Below, piece after piece: positions 39,710 to 51,310 of a DNA stretch of 64,000 bases. The stretch's first letter is position 1. Each line of letters begins with the position of its first letter. The position numbers and the translations under genes are program-made. Below the pieces are notes generated by a model. The model saw only the letters and a list, made by a program, of their open reading frames with translations, was not told where the DNA came from and ran no database searches. The stretch is from Camelus dromedarius (lineage: Eukaryota): assembly GCF_036321535.1 (NCBI RefSeq), contig NC_087438.1, positions 10,666,001-10,730,000 of the forward strand. The letters run 5' to 3'.

Positions 39710-40640
39710 TCTATATAGCAGCACTGTTTGTAATGGCTAAAAACTGGAAACAACCTAAATGTCTATCAATAAGGGAAGAGATTAATTAATTGTGGTTTAT
39801 TTGATGAATACTCTACAGCAGTTAAAACAAATGATTTGGTTCAATACATAGCAACCTGAACGGCTCTCAGAAATCTAATGTCAGTGAAAAAAGTAAGTTG
39901 CATTGTGATAAAATTTATATAAATTTTGCAGAACACATTGTAGGATGTTTATGAAAGCATAATATATAGAAATGTGTACAAACACAGGCTAGATGGACAC
40001 AATCTCAGGAAGAGAGGGGTCTGGAACTTGAACAAAGTGGACTCAAATTTCATCTAGAACATTCTGTCTCTTCATTAAATATTTGAAGCAAAAACTACAG
40101 TTAATTTTGGATGGAGTCTCCATTATTTTCCTGTACTTTCTTCTATTTTAAAAAATCTTTTCATGCCCATTGTAGAAAATAAAGTATATAAAAAGCAAAT
40201 AACTAGAATTTAGGTGTAATCACTATTGCTATTTTGTCCTATCATAATGTGTGTGTAGAGGTATATTTGAAATTACACTGTATATGCAGTTTTGTAAAAT
40301 GCTTTTTAAACTTGATGTATTATATTTTCCTATGTCATAAAGTGTTCTTTACAGATACGATTTTCAGTGGCTGAAAAATAGTTTATCTTCTGCACATACA
40401 ATTATTCCATCATCATTTTTCCATAATTGGATCTATAAACTATTTCTGACTTTTTGTCACTGTAAATAACGAGGCTGTGAACACTGTATATTTCTGATTA
40501 TTCTGTTAAGATATATTTCTAGGAATAGATTTATAGGTTCAAAATTTGTGGGCATTTTTAGGGCTATTGATACACATTGACAAATTGATTTCTGAAAGAT
40601 TGAAACAGCAGACACTCCCTCCAGTCGTGTGTGTATGGGA
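39710..40640. mobile_element. Two old L1M 3' fragments (plus about 39710-40140; minus about 40150-40640)
   Basis: AGCAGCACTGTTTGTAATGGCTAAAAACTGGAAACAACCTAAATGTC on plus, and reverse L1 motifs after it. Confidence 0.75.
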
Positions 40641-41479
40641 TACTTGCTGATTTTAAGGTCCGTTACTCGGATAAAACTCCTAAGTTACCCCACCTCTCCT
40701 GCAATTTTGTTTTCCTGGTCCTCCAGGCCTATTTTCTTTTGTATTTCCTCTCGCGGTCGTTTAGACCTCAGGAAGAGAGTGGCTTCTGGCTGGAAGACAG
40801 GCAGGGTGGGTGATTCCCCTAATATTTGCTCCTGTGGGAACCTCACGGCCAACCTCCTCCATCCGATGAATGCAGTCACTTCCAGTCATTAGGTTGAGGG
40901 CCAGTCTGATTCCTGCTCAGCACCTCCCACTCTGTGGCTGACACGCACCGCAGTCTGCCTTCAGGGAGGAAGGACAACCTGTTATTTTGCAGTTGTGCTG
41001 TCTTCTGTCAATAGCAAGCCAGTGACACTACCCTCAGCAAAAACGCAGGTTCACCCTAAGTGGCTGTTCCTTTCAAAACGGGATAACTCAGCCCTGACGT
41101 CTGCTGTGACTGGCAAGAATCCCTTCCATATGGGAACACCTCTCTGTATCCGAAACTGGGTCTAGTCATGGGGCTCCTGATGGGTAGCACATGGTTCAGC
41201 AGAAGAATGAATGGTCTAGTCCTGGCCTGTTCACTGGTGTGTAACATGTGTTTGTCGCAGCCCACATGTTCACTTCCAGGATATTTGTAGACATAAGCCC
41301 CAACTGTTTTCAGAGACTCCCACCTTGTGATACTTACTGTGTTGCTTTAAACTTACACTGATATAAAACAGAAATGAACTGCACACTCCACTGTCACTAT
41401 AGGATGTCATACATTCTGAAGTAAAAAAAAGTAGCTGCCTCCCACTGCTCTTAGGGTAGGTAAATAGCCACATCCCCAT

Positions 41480-42190
41480 CGTGACCCACAACCTGTCTGG
41501 TCTCATTACACATGAACCTCTTTGACCTTCTTTCTGGATCTCAAACACAGCAGGGCCTTTGCACATGCAATCTCTATTGTCTAAAATAGTCTGATGTTCC
41601 TGGATTATCATAGACCCAGCATGTCCCACCCAGGGCCCTCCTTTACCCAGTCTTAGTGGAATCCTTTAGATGAGCTCAGAAATAAAATCTTCAGGAAAGT
41701 GGCTGTCCCTGATACCCCAGACTCCATCTGGACCCTCTGACGAATGTCCTCATAACATGTTTTTGTTTGTGATGGTTTGTGGTTTGCAATATACTGTTTA
41801 TCTGTGTCGTCCTTTTCTTTTTTCTTTTTTCATTGAAGTACAGCCGATTTGCAATATAATTTCTGGTGCATAGCAGTTACACCTGTATACATATATTCCT
41901 TTTCATATTCTTTTTCATCATAGGTTACTACAAGATATCGAATATAGTTCCCTGGGTGATGCAGTAAGATCTTGTTTATTTATCTATTTTATATATAGTA
42001 CTTAGTATCTGCTAATCCCGAACTCCCAACCTCCACCCCCCTGAGTCATTTTTGTTTGATGTCTATCTCTCCTATTTGTCTTTTGTGCTCCACAGGCAAA
42101 GAGGTGGCTTTTCTTACCACTGGAAGTATGATGGCCAGCACAACGTGGGGTAGACAGGTGCTGAATGACTGCTTGTCAAATGAATAAATG
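41480..42190 (+). mobile_element. L2 3' region with a nested minus-strand L1 3' end (about 41812-42042)
   Basis: CAGGGCCTTTGCACATGC and TGAATAAATG L2 motifs; TTGAAGTACAG...AATATAGTTCCCT L1 motifs. Confidence 0.75.
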
Positions 42191-42711
42191 GAGGCCGACA
42201 TCACACTGCTGATGGCTTGGTTGGTTAGTGCAGTGGCTGAGTATCCCCATTGTCAGTTTCCTTGCAAGGGGATGAACTATTTCTTATACTATAGAAGACA
42301 GCCACTCAGGGTAGAGCCTTTAAGATGAATGGGCAGGTTTTCTCACCTGCTTTTTTACCTGTTAGTGATGGGACCTTGTTCCTACTTTTGCCTCAGTCTC
42401 ATTTAAGTATGGGGACAATATCTTCACTTTTCTTCCATCCTAAGATACCATTATTGAATAACATCATTTAATAATAACTTTTCACTGGAAAAACCCAAAT
42501 ATACTGGAAAAAAAAAAAGCAGCATTGTTCCCACATTAAGTATATAAGTATAAAACTCAATCCTGGATTCGTTAACATGTTAAAAAAAAAGACATCTTTT
42601 AGAATTTAGACGAAATTTGGCAATCCTACCACACAGGCTAGTTAAGACTATTAAAATAGATGAATACATGTTAAGTGTATTGCTAAGTGTCTGGCACATG
42701 GTTCAATAAAA

Positions 42712-42898
42712 TATTATAATAATTATAATATAATATATAATATAAAATACATAACATAATATGAAATAATATAATATTATATGTAACATATTATATATAA
42801 TACATATTATATTATGCATTATATTCTACATAATACATATATTACATAGAATATCATATTATAAATAATATGACATTATATATATATAATATTATAAA
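42712..42898. repeat. AT-rich low-complexity (TA/ATA) tract
   Basis: About 190 nt almost entirely A/T. Confidence 0.9.
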
Positions 42899-42999
42899 GT
42901 TTCTTACTATTTTTATTGTCATTTTACTTTGAGAGGATTAACTTGATTTTAGCCTGTGGCTTGTATATCTTCAAGGACATTGAAGGGCCCATGTCTTTG

Positions 43000-43468
43000 T
43001 CTGGGAGGAAGAAATTTCCTTTACCCTTCTAAGGTTCTTCTGTCTGGCCTAAGAATTAAATTGGCATGAGGCAGATTAACAGGAGAGAATCAAACAAAAT
43101 TTAATAACATGTACATAAGGGAGAGACTTGGGAAAACTAACTCACTGAAACAGCCAAGTCCCTCACCTTAAATACCATCCTCAGCTACAAGCAAAGGAGG
43201 ATGTTGCAGGTGCGGAGAGCCAGGGACAGCACAGTCAACAAGGGTGGGGTTGCTATGCAGATCTGTCTCTAGAGATCGGGTCATTCTTCTCTTCTGCTAG
43301 CAGTGAGGGAGACACCCTGCCACATGGAGAGTTCCCTTACAAAGGTAAATATTTCTTATAAAACAGTAACTTCGACTCGGTTTGCAGGGTTTTCCCCATG
43401 TTTGCTGTTTCTTAGAAAATAACCAAAGAGACATATTTAAGGGTGGCAAATTCTGCTTGCCTATGCCA
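43000..43468 (-). mobile_element. ERV1-type solo LTR (family uncertain)
   Basis: Resembles reverse-oriented ERV1 LTRs (AGGCAGATTAACAGGAGA...TTTAATAAC; GGGTGGCAAATTCTG). Boundaries approximate. Confidence 0.6.
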
Positions 43469-44751
43469 TCTATTTCTTTATGAATTCAATTTGCCCTAGC
43501 ATTTGGTAAGGCACCCTGAACACACAGCAGACAGGCATCAACAGTGTAGATAACAGAGGAATTCAAACCATGAAGACCAAAGCTGTTTCCGACCTTGCCT
43601 CCTACGGGATCTTGAATGAAGGGAAAGCAGTGTGGGCCTCTGGTCTTCCTCTGGCTGCAGGCACTCAGAACCCAGCTCCTTTCTTAAAGAAAAGCTCCTG
43701 TTGGGCGGGCCTGCATCTGCTGTTGTGGTCAGGATGTTACTGTTGTCTTTTCTGTGTTTTCACAAAATAACATCGGGGCATGTCTATTCCAAGAAATCAC
43801 TGTTGGGCATTTCCGGTCCCACGGCCACCCCCTGGCCCAGGCCTTCATTACCTCTTGCTTGTCCCCTCGTAGTCACCTCCCACCAACCTCCAGACTTTCC
43901 TCCCTGCAACCCATCCAGGTTAACTCAGTTCAGCACCAACAAGCGACCTGCTGTCCCTGGAGTCATCCGTCTCAGTTAGGGATGTGCTCTTCTCACTCCC
44001 CGTGAGTGTCTGGCTAAGCAGGAAAAGCTCATGGTCATGTAAAGCGTTATTCTTACTAACATTTGGGGAATAAAGTCACCCCTCTTGGTTAGCCTGGTGT
44101 ACGAAGCTGTCACAAGTCAGTGCCTTCTAACTTCCCAGACTTTCTTCTGCTCAGCCCTGCTTTGTTCCTGATTCCCTGCCAATCGCATCCATCAGTATCC
44201 TCCGCTTTCTGGCCTAATCTCCCTCACTGACCTCCCTGAGCACAGCCTGGGCTTATCCTGCAGGACTCGACTCCAAGTTTCTAGCTGGGGGTGTAGTCAG
44301 ACATGCACGCATCTGGTTTCCCTTCTAGACTGGAAACTCCTTGAAAGTAGGAACTCCACCTTACTTCTCCTTATACTGTAGTTTTTACAAATAGTACACA
44401 TAAAATAAGTAAATTATTTTTTGGTTACTGAAACATCAAAAGGAACAGTAATTAGATGTCCTGTATGTGTCACAGTAACTCTGCCTGCAAGAGAGAAAAG
44501 GTGCCCAGTGAAGGCATCTTTCTTTTGCAAGTAATTTTCTTCTTTCGTGTGTTCTTCCTCTGAACTAATGTGATGGTGCAGAGGGGCTTTTCCTTTCTTT
44601 GACGTGCAGAGAGAGGTCTAAGCTGACAGATGATATTTTAGCTATGCATTCATTCATGCATGGATCCCCTGCTCAGAATGCAGCCAGTATACATTGTTAA
44701 ACTGACACCAGTGCTTTACTGTATGAATGGTGGGTTGAATTCAGATAGGAG

Positions 44752-45241
44752 TGTTACCCAACCAAACTTGGGTCTGCTTGGCCACGCAGTAAAGCTAATC
44801 CACCGACACCGGGTTATGGCAAAGGAAAGGGCAGCATTTACTGTGAAGCTCCAGGCAAGGAATCTGGGCAGCATTAATGCTCAAAAACCCAAACTCTCTG
44901 ATGGGTTTCAGGAAAGCATTTTTAAAGGCCAGGTGAGGGAAGGAAGTCAAAGGGTATGTGATCAGCTAGGGCACGTCTCTGATTGGTTGATGGTGAGATA
45001 ACAGGGTGGGGGTCACAGGGGCTGACGTTATCAATCCTTGGGCTCCAGTAGGTTTGGGGACTATGCGCTCATGGTCATCAAGTAGTTAACATCTTCCATT
45101 TGGTGGAGGTTTTAGCGTCTGTAAAACAACTCAGGAAATGTGCATTGGGTACTGTTACCTACTTCAGAGAGGAACTAAAGCAGAGGACATGGGGGCAGGG
45201 GTCTGTCCCAGGAAGCCCCCATAGAGTCCTGCTCAGTTACC
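44752..45241 (-). mobile_element. ERV1-type solo LTR
   Basis: TGTTACC...CAGTTAC termini, CATTTTTAAAGG TATA-like motif, CCAAT box at about 44980-44990. Confidence 0.8.
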
Positions 45242-45593
45242 TGAGGACCAGGAGCTGAAGATGGGATCAGTGACCTGGATTGAAGGCACAGCTGGGCAAG
45301 GTCACCCCTCCCCCCATCTGCCTGCTCCTTAGCTGCGGCTCCCAGAGCAGAGTAGCCACTGAACATTCTCAACCTTAAGAGCTGGGCTGATGCTACCAGC
45401 TTTCAAGAAACAGGTGTCACAGAGAATTATTCTAAGCCAACGACACTGTGATACCTAATGATGGATTCTTGATGGCATAGGGCACCCCACCAAAATAATT
45501 CTGTACACAACGTAGCCTATTGGTTTTCCATATCGTGTTTTATGGCTCCCTTGACTTTTAGGTGTTCTTTTGCAAGTAATGACTTGTTGCCTG

Positions 45594-46060
45594 TGTGGAC
45601 TGAAAAACACACACACACAATGTGAGAGCAGTGAGTTTCAGTTTTATTCAGGGACCTAACTGAGAACTACAACACAGGAGACAGCCTCTCAGATAGCTCT
45701 GAGGAACTGCTCCAGAGAACTAGGGGAAGAGTCAGTGTAAATATGATTTTTTTTTTTTTTGGGAAGCACATGTAGTCAAACATCAAATGAAGACTGCTAG
45801 TCATAAAGAACAGATATCTCAATGAATGATTTTCGTGTTTTTCTGTGTATGGGAAGATGCAAAAATCTGAGGTTATTGAAATTCTTCCTTAGAGGTGCAT
45901 CTTGACTACCTAGGGGCCCATTTATCCAAAGCACAGAGGGGTTCATCCTGTTTTTTTCCACCTTGAATTCCCCTTAGAGAGCGCACTGTCCTGGGTGATG
46001 CAATGGGTTGCAACTTAAGCTTTTGTAATAAGGGGCTGATGAGTGGCACTCTTTGTTTTT
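45594..46060 (-). mobile_element. MER41-like LTR (right boundary approximate)
   Basis: Reverse-complement similarity to 6155-6657 (TTTTATTC, ACAGCCTCTCAGAT, TATGGGAAGATGCAAA). Confidence 0.8.
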
Positions 46061-48827
46061 TTGTTTTTATTTTAAATTGTGTACATATTTTACAATTGTG
46101 TGCAGGATATAATTTCTAAATCCAGTCTCTTTTCTTTTTCAGTCACTGATGACATTCATGTCTTTATTGTATGGCAGATATGTCCGTATCAATAGGCTCT
46201 GAACAATAAAGTCAACAAGATGGTTTTCCAGATGGACAGATGATTTTCTGGTTGCTTTTAATTACTGAAAAGTTAAAACAGCAATTCTGAATGAGCCAAA
46301 AAAGAGCTGAAAAGCCCCAGTAAATGTTAGAATAGGCTCAGGCGTCCAAGAATGTGGATTCCAAGCTCCATCGGAGTTGACTGAACTTGGTGATCTTGAG
46401 CACACAATTTCTTCTCTCGTTACTGGACTCTCCAGCTATAGAACAGAGACATTGCTGACAGTACCCTCACCCACACCTCATCCCTCAAGGATGTGAACAC
46501 AATGTATGGAAATATATCCTCAGACTAAAAGGTCACACGTATGTTTGAATTAAGTAGTGAGCCTAAGATGTTTTTAGGTGCTGGTATTTCTATGTAGATC
46601 CCTTATAAAAAAGGTGCATCTCGGTGACAGGTGGCAAGTTGCTCATCTGTCATAAACTAGTCCATAAAAACCATTTATCTTTCCCTCCTTCTCTGCATTA
46701 TCATCTTTATTTTCAGGTGCTGCTGAAATGCCTTGTTTTCAATAACAGACATAATCTGAGAGGTCATTCTGTCTGTGTGTTCCATGTCACCCCACCCCCT
46801 TTGAGCTACGAGCCAGTCCCCAGTGTTGAGGGTGAGCCTCCCTCCACAGTGCTGGCCTCCTGGGTAACGGTCAACCACAGAACTGTTCCAGGGCATGAGT
46901 TACTGAGGCAAGGTGCCCCTGAATCTCATTTTTCTTGCTTTATTTTAACCAGATGTTAATAGCAACTGATGGGAGAGTGACCTGTCATCAAGCTTTGGGA
47001 AATTTCTTAGGTAGAAGATGTTCAATGAGAAATGTCACTCTCCAGCAATTTCAGAGTCTTGTGATTTTTATTTTGCCTTAAGGATTTTTATAAACCCATT
47101 ACTTTCCTATAAAAGACTTTCAACTGAAATAATACATTTTTCATCATATCGTTACTTTCATTGCTGCAGACTCTAAAATACTTGAAAAAATATTTTAAAC
47201 TCCTATTCAAGGACCATTTTCACCATTGTGAAATTGACATAGGGTGATATACAGTGACAATTTTAATACCTTACTGCCATAGTAATAAAATCTTGATGTA
47301 GTAAGAAAAGAAAAGATCCTGTTATTTTAATAATATGACAATGCTCTTTTAGAAATGCTGAATAATCACTCTGGCTGGAGTTGGGAGAGGCAAGGGCATT
47401 CCATTATTTGAAGAGCATCACATGGTGCCTAATGACTTACTTAGAGAAAGTGTGAGCGTACTTTCTGTCTTATTGAAAAGGTACGCCTCCTTCAGATTGG
47501 CTTTGTGAGAATGATCCTTTCTCATCATTTTCATGAAAGACACCGGCTTTAGGGTGGCTATCACATAATCACTGGTGGCGTATTACATATGAATCCCTTA
47601 CCCCTAGATGGTGAAGCTCATCTTTGAAGGCTTGCAACCTTAGCTACTCAAAGGTCTCTTAATCCATTGGAACTGCCAATGTTGGCAGTGATCTGCAGGC
47701 TTATATAGCTTTGCGCTTTGCATACTGCTCTAGTCTGGATAAAATGCTACCATCACTCAAAATAATACTTTGTAGAATTTCAGAATCTTTTATGAAAAGT
47801 TTCGTAGGAGGTAATTTTTTAGTCTTACTTGTAAAATGAGAAAACTACATTGTTAAAAAAAAAGTCTCCATAAAGGATTGTTCCAGCAAAATGAGATTTC
47901 CTAGAACTGATGTATTTTTACTTCAAAATAGTTGATAAGCTTATGTTTAATTTTTCCTTCTCCCCTTCACAGGAAGGACTTCCTGAATATTAATCATATT
48001 TTAGGCACACATGGTTATTTTATTCCTAAGGTGTCAGTGTCTGAAACAATCCGTTTCAATATATAAAGGAAATTTCCTCCAGCTGGAGCAAAATAGGGTT
48101 AAGTTATTTGCTTTAGATTCTAGTAAATTTCATGGTAATTGTGTCACCGAAATGCTTAGAGTCTTACGTTTTTATCACATATTTTAGCAAAGGATTCACA
48201 TTTGTCTTGGTATTATTGCCCAACTGGTACATGTTCTGCCCTGCTAGTAAGGTATTTGGTGGCTAATGGGTCAGGAGAACACCTTGAAATTCCTTTGCAA
48301 GTTGCCTCTCTGCATGCGGTGGGGAGGGCTGGGAGAGCCCAATGCTCTCACCACAGGAAACATGCCCGCCATCTGGAACCGACACGGAATGCCTGTCAGC
48401 ATCCATTGCGTCACAGATGTGTTGCCACTTTTGAAAACAAATACACAAAGAAACACTGTGACACACATGTAATGGAATATAGGTGTGTCAAGCGGGACAC
48501 ACCTTTCAAAGATTCCTGGGTTCATATTTCTAGTTGTATTACAACTTATTTTTTTGAGGTATGGGGATGAACAGTTATTGAGTGACAGAAAAATTATCCT
48601 GTGAATGACATCATTCATACGAAAGCTTGCTAACACCTGGTGATAACTTCTTTAGGTTTCTTCACTTTTTAAAGATCCCTTTCTTACCAATATTCTGCAT
48701 TTGTGAGACAGCAAGACTTCCAGGAGTCTAGTCTGTGGCAGCATTTCCTTAACTGATTCTTCTTCTTGGAACTTGAATGTCTCACAAAATTCAATAGTTA
48801 TTTCATGAAAAAATGGATTTTCCTGGG

Positions 48828-51049
48828 TAGGTTAGTCAGGGTTCTCCAGAGAAACAGAAGTGATGGATGTGTATATAAATAGAAAGAGATTTATTGGCTC
48901 ACGTGATTAAGGAGACTGACAAGCCCCAAATCTGCAATGTGGACCGGCAGACTTGAGACCCACGTGAGCTGATGGTGCAGGTGAAGTGTGAAGGCATTTT
49001 GCTGGAAAATTCCCTCTTGCTTGCTGAGGAATGCTGGTCTTTTTTGTTCTATTCAGACCTTCAACTGATTGGATGAGGCCCACCCACATTGTGGAGGTGA
49101 ATCTGCTCTGTTCAAAATTTACCAGTTTAACTACTAACCTCTTCCAAAACACCCTCCAAGCTGACAAATAAACTTAACCATCACACGTCCACCCCTTGTC
49201 AACCTGGCACCCATGTGCATCTCTAAATCACAGATAAGGAGATAAGAGAGGAGAATGCAGACATTTGCTTTTACAAACACACACACACACACACACACAC
49301 ATTTATAACAAAATAATGTGAACAACTCATGACATTTGCAGCTCTCATTTCTGTAACTGGCCACATACGTGGTAGATGTTCGTATTCATAACTACTTTCC
49401 CCCGCTACCCATCCTGTATTCCCTCTGCCTTCAGCGAGTGCCTCTATTGGTTGTGGTTCTGTCTCTGGTGGGGGTGAGCCAAAGCTCCACTCCTGAAGGA
49501 TCTAGGCCATTAGTTCTACCTTAATTGGGATGCTACAGATTTTCAGTGACCTTAATCACAGGGTGTGGTTAAACTAAGAGAAACCTTAAGAAATCTCCTT
49601 CATTCCAGGCATCCTCTTCCTTAGCAGCCCAATTTCTTCTGGCAGTCAGGATCAATCACTCTAGATGGCAGACTAATTCCCTTCTTTGCCTATTGATTCA
49701 GAGGCATGAAGAGCCCAAAGGGGCGGGTGGCGGTCTTCACTTCCGGTTCAGTGGAATCATTCCTGTGCCTTCTGGTGGAAGCATTCCTCTCTTTGGAACT
49801 GAGGCCTCTAGGCCTGCTCGCCTAGAGTATAAGGTCATGAAGACAGGATGCAAAAACTTCCCAAGTGGGTTGCAAGTGGTAATAGTGGTAATAGTGAGTG
49901 ATGCCACTCCAGTTTCTACCCATTGATTCCTGGACCCATGAATCTTATCAGAGAAATAGCACCGTATGTTGGATACTGACTCAAAGCAAATTCAGTACAG
50001 CCTCCTGGAGAACCTTGCCCCAGCCCTGCAAGGTGTTGCCAACTAGCTGGCACTGTAACTAGGTATTTTTTTAAATTGAGATATAGTTGATTTATAATAT
50101 TAATTTCAGGTATACAACATAGTAATTCAAATTTTTAAATGATTATACTCCATTTAAAGTTTTTATAAAATATTGGCTATATTCCCTGTACTGCACAATA
50201 TATCCCTGTAGCTTATTTACTTTATACACAGAAGTTTGTACCCCTTAATCCCCTCCCCCTTCCCTCTCTCCACTAGTAACCACTAATTTTTCTCTTGTAA
50301 CTGAGCCTTCAAAAGGCCATCCCACCATTCTATTAAGCCATCTGCTTCAGGATGATGGGGAACATGGTAAGGCCAGTGAATTCTACAAGCATGAGCCCAT
50401 TACCTCACTTCATTTGCTGTGAAGTGAGTTCCTCGATCAGAAGTGATGCTGTGTGGATATCACACTGGCAGATAAAGCACTGTGTAAGTTCATGGATGGT
50501 AGTATTGGCAGAAGCACTGCATGCCAGGATGACAAATCCATATCCAGAGAAAGTGTCTATTTCACTAAGAAAAAAATGCTGCCCCTTCCATGGTGGAATC
50601 GGTCCAATGTAACCAACTTGCCACTAGTGGCTGGCTTATCACTCTGATTCTGGTACCATAATTTGTATTAGTTGGAGGAATACAGTTGATAGAATGGAGA
50701 GAGAGAGAGACAGAGAGAGATTTGTGATAGGAATGAGCTCATGTAATTATAAAGGCTGACAGGTCCAAAATCTACATTATGGCCTGGCAGCCTGAGATCC
50801 AGGAGAACAGATGATGCAGTTGCAGTCTGAAGGCTGGAGACTAAGGAGAGCCAATGATGCAGATGAATCCTGAAGGCATTCTGCTAGAGAGTTCCTTCTT
50901 GCTCAGAGAGGCCAGTCTTTTTCTTCTATTCAGGCCATCAACTGATTGGATGAGGCCCACCATATTATTGAGGGCAATCTGCTTTACTCGAAGTTCAACA
51001 ATTTAAATGTTAATCTCATCCAAAAATACCCTCCAACTTAACCATCACG
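48828..51049 (-). mobile_element. Internally deleted ERV-L provirus with two MLT2-type LTRs (48828-49185 and 50664-51049)
   Basis: TSD CTGGG/CTGGA, PBS-like TGGTACCA at 50651-50658, PPT-like sequence next to 49186. Disrupted integrase (WQVGYIGPIPPWKGQ...HVPHHPEADGLIEWWDGLLKAQL) and dUTPase (GMLPPEG..IPLN; VIDPD) remnants. Confidence 0.92.
50061..50295 (-). mobile_element. L1 3' end inserted in the ERV-L integrase region
   Basis: TSD TGTAACT at 50054-50060 and 50296-50302, with L1 terminal motifs. Confidence 0.88.
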
Positions 51050-51310
51050 CTGGAAAAAAAGTGGGAGGAAGGAACCCTGCATGTTACAGCTCCCCTGTGG
51101 AGGGAGAATCACAATACCCATGAACAGAAACGCCCTGAGAAGTCCTGCAGTGAAGGTGCTTTTTCACATTTGTATAACCCTGTCTTGCTTAAACTTATTT
51201 GCTAATAGGAACTAACCTCCCCCTCTACTTCTTTTTGTGTGAAAGTGTATTGTCATCTTGCTGGATACCAGTGTCTAGAGAAACACAATTAGGTAAAATG
51301 CTAGTCTATA
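51050..51310. mobile_element. Old hAT (MER103-like) element split by the ERV-L; other half about 48735-48827
   Basis: CAGCATTTCC-type terminus at left, GGTAAAATGCT at right, internal GAGAAGTCCTGCAGT. Confidence 0.5.

Noticed and set aside
49693..50647. Plus-strand ORFs inside the ERV-L, and possible domesticated integrase/dUTPase
   Set aside because: These ORFs are antisense to pol. The sense frames have stops, frameshifts and an L1 insertion.
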